Assembly (NCBI GenBank): GCA_965222075.1
Contig: OZ244937.1
Span: 2,688,001-2,752,000 of the forward strand
Origin: Candidatus Latescibacterota bacterium
Lineage (GTDB): Bacteria; Latescibacterota; UBA2968; GCA-2709665
Direction of reading: 5' to 3'
Length of the DNA stretch: 64,000 bases
Below, piece after piece: positions 47,612 through 56,551 of the stretch. The position numbers and the translations under genes are program-made. How positions within the stretch are numbered: the stretch's first letter is position 1; each line of letters starts with the position of its first letter. The notes beneath the pieces were generated by a model. The model did no database searches. It was not told where the DNA came from and saw nothing but the letters and a program-made list of their open reading frames with translations.

Positions 47612-48454
47612 TTAAAATTCAGATTTGGGAGCGAGTCTCTTGATCAAAAGGTGAATCATCGCAATGTAAATGAGCGCTTCACTATTTTGTGTCAAGACTT
47701 CATAATCCTTGGAAAGACGTCGAAAATTCAACAACCAAGCAAAAGTGCGCTCAACCACCCAGCGCCATTTCATCACCTCAAACCCCTTGCTTTCTCGTTG
47801 GACTACTTCCAAGTCAATTTTGTGAGTCTGCTTCAAACTTGAAACCCACGCCTTCAAAGCGTCACCGCGATATCCCCCATCGACCCATAGCTTGCGAAGA
47901 CGCCGCAGGCCATCAGCAAAATAACGTTTGAGCAACTCCATCAGCCCGTCCCGATCGGCCAAGTCAGCAGCAGATACAAACACACAGATTGGCAGGCCGA
48001 GGGTATCTACAAGGAGATGACGCTTGCGGCCATTGACTTTCTTTCCAGCATCGTAACCTTTTATTTTCCCTTGTGTTGCTGTCTTAATGCTTTGAGAGTC
48101 TATACTGCCTGCTGAAGCGGTAGGCTTGCGACCCTGACTGCGTCGCTCCCTTCTATGGAGTGCCTGTTGGATCTTTTGGAAGATGCCTTGTTTGCTCCAC
48201 CTGTTGAAATACCCACCTGCCTGTGCGTCGCACGCAGACAGGTACACGGTTTGCCAGCATCCAAAAGCTCTGGGCAGCATGCGCCATTGGCACCCTGTCT
48301 TGGTCAGATACAGGATGCCGTTGAACACCTGGCGTAGATTGACCGGTGGGCGACCACGACAGCCGAAACGCCATTTGGGTTTGGGCAGCAGCGTGAGGAG
48401 AAGTTGCCATTGCGTTTCGATCAAATTTGTTGGATATTGCCTTTGCGTATTCAT
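47612..48454 (-). CDS. IS5-family transposase
   Basis: TGCQWRMLP, IDSQSIK, GYDAGKKVNGRKRHLLVDTLG, VDGGY, RWVVERTFAWL; 9 aa palindrome insert. Confidence 0.93.
   Translation of the reverse strand: MNTQRQYPTNLIETQWQLLLTLLPKPKWRFGCRGRPPVNLRQVFNGILYLTKTGCQWRMLPRAFGCWQTVYLSACDAQAGGYFNRWSKQGIFQKIQQALHRRERRSQGRKPTASAGSIDSQSIKTATQGKIKGYDAGKKVNGRKRHLLVDTLGLPICVFVSAADLADRDGLMELLKRYFADGLRRLRKLWVDGGYRGDALKAWVSSLKQTHKIDLEVVQRESKGFEVMKWRWVVERTFAWLLNFRRLSKDYEVLTQNSEALIYIAMIHLLIKRLAPKSEF
48216..48242. repeat. Micro-palindrome copy 6 (27 bp, in-frame in the IS5 transposase)
   Basis: CCTGCCTGTGCGTCGCACGCAGACAGG; removal restores WQTVYGYFNRW. Confidence 0.88.
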
Positions 48455-48573
48455 CTTTATCCTTTCGTTTCAGGTGGTTTTGGACAACCTGAATTTGGAT
48501 AGATGAATACGCAATTTCAACTTTTTTCTTTACGCCTCTACCTTTTTAAAACAGCTTCTTAGAGTACAGACGA

Positions 48574-49095
48574 TTGAAACTCGACTCCTTGATAGATTTC
48601 GCCAACGAGGCGACTCAAGAAGTGGCCAAGTATACGGTTTCCGTGACGTTGTCTCCAGCGGAAATGTTAAAGGGCGGATATATCGTTTCGTCCCTTGCTT
48701 GGGACTCAATCAGTTACGGTGGGACAGAGATAGAGAAAGTTCCGAACGACAAACGAGGCGTTTATGCCTTTGCTATCTGTCAACAGAGTGCCGTGTTGCC
48801 GCCGCACGGATACATACTTTACATAGGAATTGCGGGGCGAAATTCGCAGCGTCCTCTCAGAGAACGTTATAGGGACTATCTCAACGAGAAGAAAGTTATC
48901 AGACGCGACAGAATCGCTCGAATGATCGGCACATGGCACAAAGTGCTGCGTTTTTTCTTCGCTCCCGTGGATGATGATGTTTCCTCCGATGAGCTTGTGG
49001 CACTTGAAAAGCAGCTTAATACTGCATTAATGCCGCCGTTTTCGGAAGGAGACCTTACGGCAGACATTAAGCGCAAACGGAAAGCATTTAGGTGA
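48574..49095 (+). CDS. GIY-YIG nuclease superfamily protein
   Basis: RGVYAF...ILYIGIA...LRERYRDY...LEKQL; GTGA overlap with the next gene. Confidence 0.7.
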   Translation: MKLDSLIDFANEATQEVAKYTVSVTLSPAEMLKGGYIVSSLAWDSISYGGTEIEKVPNDKRGVYAFAICQQSAVLPPHGYILYIGIAGRNSQRPLRERYRDYLNEKKVIRRDRIARMIGTWHKVLRFFFAPVDDDVSSDELVALEKQLNTALMPPFSEGDLTADIKRKRKAFR

Positions 49096-50348
49096 GAGAA
49101 AAAAAGCTTGAGGAGCTTATCCTGCCTGCCCTTCGTGGTTTGATGGGTGATTGGGTCTACTACTCCTGCCTGATGGATCTAGGAGAGTTGAGTTCAAGAG
49201 TCCATTACGCAGAGGAAATTCATGAGAGTAAGGCTCTCTCTGACATGATACAGCGACGGCTAAGAAAGGGCCGAAGTGCACAGATTGCAGAGTATCTAAA
49301 AACGCAGCCGGAGCGATTTTTTAACTCTCTCGTCGTTGCTACATACGGTGGACAACCCAACTGGTATGCATTATCGGATGTTCGGAATAAGACGCAAAGC
49401 GATGACCTCCGGAACTTGACTGAAGATACTGTTGCTTCGGTCGGATTTCTAACTCTTAGGGGAGACGAGAACCTTTTCGCGCTAGACGGGCAACACCGGC
49501 TCGCGGGTATCAAGAAGGCCCTCAAAGATGGACTGGAGCATGACCCTTACGATGTAGTATCCGTTATCTTTGTGGCTCACAACGTAGAGGAAGGCCTAGA
49601 GCGGACACGAAGGCTCTTTACAACACTGAACAAGACTGCTAGACCTGTATCAAAGGGCGACATCATTGCGCTGGACGAAGATGATGTCATGGCGATCTGT
49701 GTTCGCCGGCTTATCGAAGACACGGATCTGTTCGTAGGTGATCGCATAGCGTTCGTCGCAAGTAACAATATGCCAGTAACAAACACCACAAGCCTGACAA
49801 CGATTGGTAACTTGTATGATCTGCTAGCCGTCCTTTTCAGTCGCGCTGTCTCTAACCTAAAGCGTAGTAAGTCTAAGCTGCAGAAGACGCGTCCTGATGA
49901 CACAGAGTTGGAGGAGTACTTCAAGTATGCAAACGAACTGTTTGTTCAGTTAAAGGCACATTTTGAAGAGTTAGATAGATTCTTCTCTGCTGAGAAAACA
50001 GAAGATGTTGTGAGCGAGCTACGTAGTAGCCGCGGGGGTAACGCTCTGTTCCGCCCTATCGGCTTGGAGATTTTCGTTAGAATCATAGCACAGTTGACAA
50101 ACGACATGTCTCTGCCTGAGGCTGTGCAACACGCCGCTAAATTGCCAAGGAGTCTGAACGAAGCGCCATATAAAGGGCTTATGTGGGACGCAAGCAATAG
50201 AGCGATTCTAAACTCCCATAAGGTCACACTAAGGGAGACCCTCTTGTATATGCTTGGCAGGTCAGGATTTTCCGAAGAAGAGCTTCTAGAAAGGTATCGC
50301 AAAGAAACAGGTGACCAGTCATTAATGCTGCCTGCGAAGGTTGTATGA
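49092..50348 (+). CDS. DGQHR-domain (DndB-like, ParB superfamily) protein
   Basis: MIQR, FFNSLVV, LFALDGQHRLAGI, RRLFTTLNKTARPV. Confidence 0.88.
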   Translation: MREKKLEELILPALRGLMGDWVYYSCLMDLGELSSRVHYAEEIHESKALSDMIQRRLRKGRSAQIAEYLKTQPERFFNSLVVATYGGQPNWYALSDVRNKTQSDDLRNLTEDTVASVGFLTLRGDENLFALDGQHRLAGIKKALKDGLEHDPYDVVSVIFVAHNVEEGLERTRRLFTTLNKTARPVSKGDIIALDEDDVMAICVRRLIEDTDLFVGDRIAFVASNNMPVTNTTSLTTIGNLYDLLAVLFSRAVSNLKRSKSKLQKTRPDDTELEEYFKYANELFVQLKAHFEELDRFFSAEKTEDVVSELRSSRGGNALFRPIGLEIFVRIIAQLTNDMSLPEAVQHAAKLPRSLNEAPYKGLMWDASNRAILNSHKVTLRETLLYMLGRSGFSEEELLERYRKETGDQSLMLPAKVV

Positions 50349-50366
50349 ACTTAGGAAGTTTGCATT

Positions 50367-52037
50367 TTGAGTGTAGCCATGAGGGATACAAGACCGCCAA
50401 CAGGATTCTACGGCAGTAGTCCCGGACAGGATCTGACTGAGATTGTGTATCGCCTGAGCGCGGATGAGTTACACGCAGTATTGGGAGAAGATCTCATCTC
50501 ACTTATCGAAGCGCTTGCTAGTCCTGAGGACAGAGACGCGACGCTGCGGAGAATAGCGACTGATATACTGCACGACCGGGCGGACGATCTAATGGCGCGC
50601 AGTGAAATCCGCGAAATCTGCTTGAATTCCACGTCGCTTGATAAGCTAGGGGAGTTAGCGAGCCGATTAGGCGTTGCGAATGTCGATGCGGTTCGTGCCA
50701 TGGACCCAACTCAGGATGCCAGAACTTGGCAAGCCTTTCTCGGATTCTTCGGGATCGACACACGCGGCGCGGCTCCTTTCGCAATGGAACCCGAGCAAGA
50801 AGTCGTTCGGCCCGAGTTTGGCCTGTTCCCGCATCAGCGGCGCGTGGCCGACCGTGTCTGTGAAGCCATTCAGAGTGGTCACGGACGGGTTGTTCTCCAC
50901 TTGCCAACCGGTGCTGGTAAGACTAGAACAGCGATGCACGTCGTTAGCCGGTTTATGACTGCCTCGGAGCCGTCCGTTGTTGTTTGGTTAGCCGCTAGTG
51001 CGGAGCTACTCGATCAAGCGGCCGATGCTTTCCAAAACGCTTGGGCGCGGCTTGGCAATCGGGAGATCGACATCCTGCGTTTTTGGGGAGATTATACACC
51101 GGACCTGTCTAGGACTTCGGATGGCCTAATAATCGCCGGACTACAAAAAATGCATGCGCTTAAGACCAGGGACCACATCGGCGTCTTGCGGCTCGCGAAG
51201 TCAGTCAAGCTCGTTGTCGTCGACGAGGCCCATCAGGCAGTTGCGCCGACCTATCGCAAAATAATCGACATCTTAGTTGAAACCGGTAGGAACAATGCTC
51301 TTGTGGGTTTGACTGCCACACCGGGTCGTACATGGTCGGATATTGCTGCCGATAAGCGGCTCTCGGATTTCTTTGGGGAACGGAAGGTCATGCTCGAAGT
51401 CGAAGGCTGGGACGATCCGGTTTCTTTTCTCATCAATCAGGGCTACTTAGCACGGCCGACCTTTCGATGTCTTGAGGTCGAAGCGACGTCTGAACATAAA
51501 CAGCGTTTGAACAAGGAAGGCGCAGGCGACGATTACGATCCAGCGCTGCTGGAATCGCTCGCGGAGCAAGTAGGTCGAAACGTTATCATTATTGATGAGA
51601 TACGCCGTTTGGTAGAAGAGGGGCATAGACGGATAATATTATTCGGTGCGTCGGTACGGCATGCCGAGCTCTTAGCGGCAGCACTGTCAGCTATTGGAAT
51701 CAATGGGCGTGTTGTAACTAGCAACACGGGAGAGACTGTCCGTGCGCGAATTATCAAAGAGTTTCGAGGGCCTTCCACAAAGCCCATGGTTCTGTGTAAC
51801 TTCGGCGTTCTGACGATGGGATTTGACGCGCCGAACACAAGCGCAGGAGTGATTGCCCGGCCAACAAAGTCACTCGTGTTGTTCAGCCAAATGGTAGGTC
51901 GCGCGATACGAGGACCTATGGCAGGCGGAAACAAAACCTGCACTATTTCCACTGTCGTTGACATCGATTTACCTGGCTTCGGCAACGTGGCCGAGGCGTT
52001 TACTAATTGGGAGGACGTGTGGCATGACCCGCACTAA
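50367..52037 (+). CDS. SF2 DEAH-box helicase
   Basis: LFPHQ, LPTGAGKT, VVDEAHQ, LTATPGR, LTMGFDAP, QMVGRAIRG. Confidence 0.9.
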   Translation: MSVAMRDTRPPTGFYGSSPGQDLTEIVYRLSADELHAVLGEDLISLIEALASPEDRDATLRRIATDILHDRADDLMARSEIREICLNSTSLDKLGELASRLGVANVDAVRAMDPTQDARTWQAFLGFFGIDTRGAAPFAMEPEQEVVRPEFGLFPHQRRVADRVCEAIQSGHGRVVLHLPTGAGKTRTAMHVVSRFMTASEPSVVVWLAASAELLDQAADAFQNAWARLGNREIDILRFWGDYTPDLSRTSDGLIIAGLQKMHALKTRDHIGVLRLAKSVKLVVVDEAHQAVAPTYRKIIDILVETGRNNALVGLTATPGRTWSDIAADKRLSDFFGERKVMLEVEGWDDPVSFLINQGYLARPTFRCLEVEATSEHKQRLNKEGAGDDYDPALLESLAEQVGRNVIIIDEIRRLVEEGHRRIILFGASVRHAELLAAALSAIGINGRVVTSNTGETVRARIIKEFRGPSTKPMVLCNFGVLTMGFDAPNTSAGVIARPTKSLVLFSQMVGRAIRGPMAGGNKTCTISTVVDIDLPGFGNVAEAFTNWEDVWHDPH

Positions 52038-53880
52038 AAACCCTGAACAAGGAGAGCTGTTCGACGCCCAGATCATTCCTCTGCGTCTCGCAATAACAGC
52101 AATGCGTGATTCGGGGTATAAGAACACAGCTTATGCGCTCGCCGAGTTGATCGATAACGCTGTGCAAGCAGAGGCCTCCAGGATCGAGGTACTCTGTATC
52201 GAGAAGCGGGAGACCGTCCGGACTCGGGAACGCAGAAGCCTTTACAAGATTGCAGTTCTTGACAATGGATCGGGCATGGACTCACAGACGCTGAGAATGG
52301 CGCTCCAATTTGGAAACGGGACACACCTAAACGATCGAACGGGTATCGGCCGCTTCGGTATGGGACTGCCCAATGCATCAATCTCTCAAGCTGCAAAGGT
52401 GGACGTTTGGAGTTGGCGAAACGGGTCAGACAACGCGGTCAAGACGTTCATTGACATTGATGAGATCCAGGCCGGAAACATGCATGAAGTTCCACATCCG
52501 GAGCACGATCCTGTTCCCAAAGAATGGCGCGTGTTGTCCGACCACATCGGGCAAAGTGGAACATTGGTGGTTTGGTCGGACCTAGATTCGAGCAGGCTGA
52601 CTTGGAAGAGCGCGAAGCATACCTTTTACAATATGGAACGGATCGTCGGCCGAATTTATCGGCGCTTCATCATCAACCAGTCAGTGACGATCCGCCTTTT
52701 TGCTGCGGAGAACGATAGTGAGCACGTGCTAATTGATCGAAAGGCAGCCTTCAACGATCCACTTTACCTTAATATTCCTCCTTCAATGCCGCCACCGTTC
52801 AACGCGAAACCCATGTTCGAGCACGTGTTCGATGATCCTTATGAGATTGAGCATGATGGCAAAAAGAACACTGTACAGGTCCGCTATTCAGTGGCTACGC
52901 AGGATACGGTCGACGAGGCAGGTACTCAGCAACGAGGCGATACCAAGTACGGCAAGGATGCACGAAACAACATCGGTGTCTCTGTGCTCCGCGCGGGCCG
53001 GGAGATTATGCTTGATCCGGGATGGTGTATAGGATATGACCCAAGAGAACGCTGGTGGGGTGCTGAAGTGGAGTTTCCACCGAATCTAGATGAGATATTC
53101 GGTCTCACAAACAATAAGCAGGCGGCTACCCATTTTACGGAGTTGGCCACAACGGAATGGGAGCGACTCGCAGAAGAGGGCGAGGAGTTTATTGATGTGG
53201 TGAAACGGCTCAAGGAGGATGGAGACCCACGTGGTTGGCTGCTTAGCCTGAGCGACAGTATTAAGCGAAACCTCGAACAGCTACGTCTGATGATCAGGGC
53301 GCAGGGGGCGGGACGGCGGTCTACGAGCAGGATGCGTCACGATGCCCCCGATGATGTTACGAAGACCGTCAATGAAGCGTGGAAGGAGCGCTCTAAGGAA
53401 CGACCCCTCGAAGGAGAGGATACGTCGCCGACAGAAAATGACTTGGATGACATTCGCACCGATCTTACTGAAAATAAGAAATATAGTGCGTCCGAAGCCG
53501 AGACACTTGCTTCTCTGATAAGAGATGCAGATTTAAAGGTAGTCTTTCTGGAAGCGGACTTTCCGGACCCCTTCCACCTGTTCAACGTGGAGATAAAGGG
53601 AAACACGACAGAGATAACCTTTAACAGGAAGCATCCGGCCTTCGACGACATCTTTGGAACCATCGCAACCGTTGATGAGGACGTGAGCGGACTCTCTAAA
53701 GGAGAGGTGATCGAACGCCTGACGAGGGCGGTGAATGCCACCAAGATTGTCTTTTCAGCTTGGGCACGTTACGAGCGTGAAGCAGGCGTGGACCGCGCTA
53801 AGGCCCTGCAGAAGGTACGTTTCGATTGGGGACAAATGGCGGCGAATTTCTTACAAACAGGCGACGATTTCGCACTGTAA
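52024..53880 (+). CDS. GHKL (MORC/MutL-like) ATPase
   Basis: MRDSGY, ELIDNAVQA, DNGSGM, GRFGMGL, GTLV; overlaps the end of the helicase gene. Confidence 0.85.
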   Translation: MTRTKNPEQGELFDAQIIPLRLAITAMRDSGYKNTAYALAELIDNAVQAEASRIEVLCIEKRETVRTRERRSLYKIAVLDNGSGMDSQTLRMALQFGNGTHLNDRTGIGRFGMGLPNASISQAAKVDVWSWRNGSDNAVKTFIDIDEIQAGNMHEVPHPEHDPVPKEWRVLSDHIGQSGTLVVWSDLDSSRLTWKSAKHTFYNMERIVGRIYRRFIINQSVTIRLFAAENDSEHVLIDRKAAFNDPLYLNIPPSMPPPFNAKPMFEHVFDDPYEIEHDGKKNTVQVRYSVATQDTVDEAGTQQRGDTKYGKDARNNIGVSVLRAGREIMLDPGWCIGYDPRERWWGAEVEFPPNLDEIFGLTNNKQAATHFTELATTEWERLAEEGEEFIDVVKRLKEDGDPRGWLLSLSDSIKRNLEQLRLMIRAQGAGRRSTSRMRHDAPDDVTKTVNEAWKERSKERPLEGEDTSPTENDLDDIRTDLTENKKYSASEAETLASLIRDADLKVVFLEADFPDPFHLFNVEIKGNTTEITFNRKHPAFDDIFGTIATVDEDVSGLSKGEVIERLTRAVNATKIVFSAWARYEREAGVDRAKALQKVRFDWGQMAANFLQTGDDFAL

Positions 53881-53900
53881 CGCGATGGAGGCCGAAGCTC

Positions 53901-54812
53901 ATGATCGCGGACGGCGAACGCTTGAAGGCTCTCTTACAAGAAGCAGAGCGACGAGTTATCTTGTGTGCACCTTTTATTAAGGCGAGGGTCTTACAGACCG
54001 TTCTGTCGGTCGTGTCAGCAGCAGTGCCGGTACGCATCGTTACAAGATGGCAGCCGACCGAAATCGCGGCGGGCGTCAGCGATTTGGAAGTATTGGAGGT
54101 AGCGAACAATCGGCCGAACACCAAACTTGAGCTTTTAGACGACCTCCACGCCAAGCTTTACCTCGCCGACGACCATTGTCTCGTAGGGTCGGCCAACTTA
54201 ACCGGTAGCGCATTAGGCTGGTCGGAACGAAGCAATGTAGAGCTTCTGGTGCCAGCCCAGCCGACCGATTCCGATGTAGCCTTTCTCTTGAAACGGCTCG
54301 AGTCAGCGACGCGGGCGACCTTTACAAAACGCTTAGAAATGGAAGTGGCTGCCGCCGCTTTTGACATTACCGGGCTCGATGAGGGGCAGGAAATGACGGA
54401 GACCGGCGATACGCGTCGATTGGCTTGGCTACCTCGTTGCGCGGCACCGGACAAGCTCTACGAAATATACCAGAATCCGAAGACAACGGTCGTGGTCGAG
54501 GACACGAAAGAAGATGGTCTTGCCGATCTACGGGATCTACTGGTCCGCCGCGGACTGTCACTAACGGACTTCAATGCCATCGTACGAGATACGCTTCTGT
54601 TGATGCCGACGTTCGCTCGTATCATCGATAAGGTGCCGCAAGGCATCACAGATGCCAGTGGCGTTGGTCTTGTCGAGGATGCCCGTCCAGATTTGGTGGG
54701 ACAGGATGCGCGGGTACAGTGGCGCATCATTCGAGATTGGATTGGAGTCTTTTTCCGAGACCAGTTTGAGGTGGCACCGGATTCATTTGTTACCCGTCTG
54801 CGGCCCCCCTGA
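53901..54812 (+). CDS. Phospholipase D-family (single HKD) nuclease-like protein
   Basis: CAPFIK, LHAKLYLAD (HxKxxxxD), VGSANLT, NVEL; GGAGG before ATG 53901. Confidence 0.85.
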   Translation: MIADGERLKALLQEAERRVILCAPFIKARVLQTVLSVVSAAVPVRIVTRWQPTEIAAGVSDLEVLEVANNRPNTKLELLDDLHAKLYLADDHCLVGSANLTGSALGWSERSNVELLVPAQPTDSDVAFLLKRLESATRATFTKRLEMEVAAAAFDITGLDEGQEMTETGDTRRLAWLPRCAAPDKLYEIYQNPKTTVVVEDTKEDGLADLRDLLVRRGLSLTDFNAIVRDTLLLMPTFARIIDKVPQGITDASGVGLVEDARPDLVGQDARVQWRIIRDWIGVFFRDQFEVAPDSFVTRLRPP

Positions 54813-55004
54813 GCAGGCGATGCCAGCATCATTGCAATCCGCCGGATCGTGCAGGTCAGCGTGGAATCAACGTGCATCGTCGCGGACTCGACCCGAATCG
54901 ATTGTGATCAAGTCGGACAGCCATTGATCCATATTGTTTCTGCTCATCTTCACTGTCCCGACACGGCGAATCACGATCATCGGCGTGCGCTGGAAGATGT
55001 ACTA

Positions 55005-56480
55005 GAGGGTCGGACAAAATTTTAATAGCTGAAAACGCGTAAGATAGCAAAAGGGGACGGAACGCCTCTTCGATTGTGGGATTTAAAGAGTACCCAACTC
55101 AACCCACAGAGAGGAGGTGTTCAAGATCGCCCCGTCTCCTTCAACGTTTGAAGCAGAAGAGACGTTCCAACCGCCGTCGTATTTTCACCAGGATGAGGTC
55201 GCAAAAGATTACACAGCATTTTTTGCCGATTTGGATTTTTCTCCCCTGCCTGCTCTTAGACGAGAAGGCAGAGGCCGTCGGGGTCACCCCCAGAGCGCTT
55301 ACGTCAAAGCGTTGTTGGTCAAAATTAGAGAGAAGCACACCTATTGCACAGATTTACGTGCGTTTCTGGTCAAACATCCGGCCCTGGTTCTGCTGCTGGG
55401 ATTTCGCCCCAAGGTATGTGAGCAATCTCCCTTTGGGTTTGATGTTTCCAAAACGGTCCCGACCGCTCGACATCTACGACGGAAACTCCAGACAATTCCC
55501 AATTTGGCTCTCCAATCGATCTTTGAGGGAACCGTCCGAGACCTGAAAGCGGAAGTGCCACATCTGGGGCAACGCACAGCGTTGGACAACAAACACATCT
55601 ACGCCTTTGTCAAGCAGAATAACCATAAGACCTATGTGAAGGACCGCTTCAATCCCAACTGTCAACCCAAGGGAGACCCTGACTGTCGCCTAAGTGCCAA
55701 GCAGGTCTCCAACCAAGAGCCAGAAAAGCAGCACAAAACCGCAGAAAAGGAGTATCTGTGGGGATATGGCACCTCGGTGGTGGCCACCAAACATCGCATC
55801 TTGGGTGAGTTTGTCCTGGCCGAACACACCGAGCCCTTCAACGTTCGAGATGTCGAATTCTTCTCCATGTTGATGCCAAGGGTTGAAGCACGCCTCGGCT
55901 TCCGTCCCAAGCACTTTGCCGCAGATGCCGCCTACGATGCCTGGTATGTCTACGACTACTTTGCAAAAGTTGGCGGAACGGCCTACATTCCGCTCAACCT
56001 GCGTGGACATCCAATGCCTCGTCTTGGAAGCAATGGGTTTCACATTTGTCAAGACAACCGGGAAATGATCGGCTCTTATACCTATCAGGATCGCACCCGA
56101 GGCTATCAGGCTCAAAAGGAGGTCTGTCCCATCCTCTTTGGCAACCTGCCTGCTACCCAGACCTGTCGGATCAATCATCCACAGTTCCAAAAGGGATGCG
56201 GATGTGTCAAATATAAAAACCTGGAACTGGGCGCTCAGGCACGGCTCTTACTGGATCGCTCTTCAAGGGTTTTCAAGCTTGGCTATGCCTGGCGAACCAC
56301 TACCGAGCGCATCTTTTCTCAGGCCAAGGAACTGGGCATTGAGCGACCTCGCCTGAGAAACCTGAACTCCATACGCAACCACAACACCTTGATCTACATC
56401 GTGATCAACGTCAATGCCCTAAAACGCGTACGTGAAGCTAAACAACGCAAAATTACGGGCTTGTAATTTGTCCGGCCCTC
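55005..56480 (+). mobile_element. Insertion sequence with DDE transposase (IS1182/IS4-like), 1476 bp
   Basis: TIRs GAGGGTCGGACAAA / TTTGTCCGGCCCTC; 7 bp target duplication TGTACTA. Confidence 0.88.
55117..56466 (+). CDS. DDE transposase
   Basis: ALDNKHI, ADAAYD, RTTTERIFSQAKE; lies between the TIRs. Confidence 0.88.
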   Translation: MFKIAPSPSTFEAEETFQPPSYFHQDEVAKDYTAFFADLDFSPLPALRREGRGRRGHPQSAYVKALLVKIREKHTYCTDLRAFLVKHPALVLLLGFRPKVCEQSPFGFDVSKTVPTARHLRRKLQTIPNLALQSIFEGTVRDLKAEVPHLGQRTALDNKHIYAFVKQNNHKTYVKDRFNPNCQPKGDPDCRLSAKQVSNQEPEKQHKTAEKEYLWGYGTSVVATKHRILGEFVLAEHTEPFNVRDVEFFSMLMPRVEARLGFRPKHFAADAAYDAWYVYDYFAKVGGTAYIPLNLRGHPMPRLGSNGFHICQDNREMIGSYTYQDRTRGYQAQKEVCPILFGNLPATQTCRINHPQFQKGCGCVKYKNLELGAQARLLLDRSSRVFKLGYAWRTTTERIFSQAKELGIERPRLRNLNSIRNHNTLIYIVINVNALKRVREAKQRKITGL

Positions 56481-56551
56481 TGTACTACGAAGTCAAAACG
56501 TCACAATCCATGGAGCAACGGCGTAGTTTGGAAACCGGGAAACGAACCAAT

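Larger units (their letters stand above)
47603..48558 (-). mobile_element. IS5-family (IS1031-like) insertion sequence, 956 bp
   Basis: TIRs GAAGCCGTTTTAAAA / TTTTAAAACAGCTTC with TTA target duplication. Confidence 0.92.

Noticed and set aside
50367-54812. DISARM system
   Set aside because: A helicase and a PLD are present, but there is no methyltransferase or DUF1998 (DrmB) protein, and the helicase is far shorter than DrmA.
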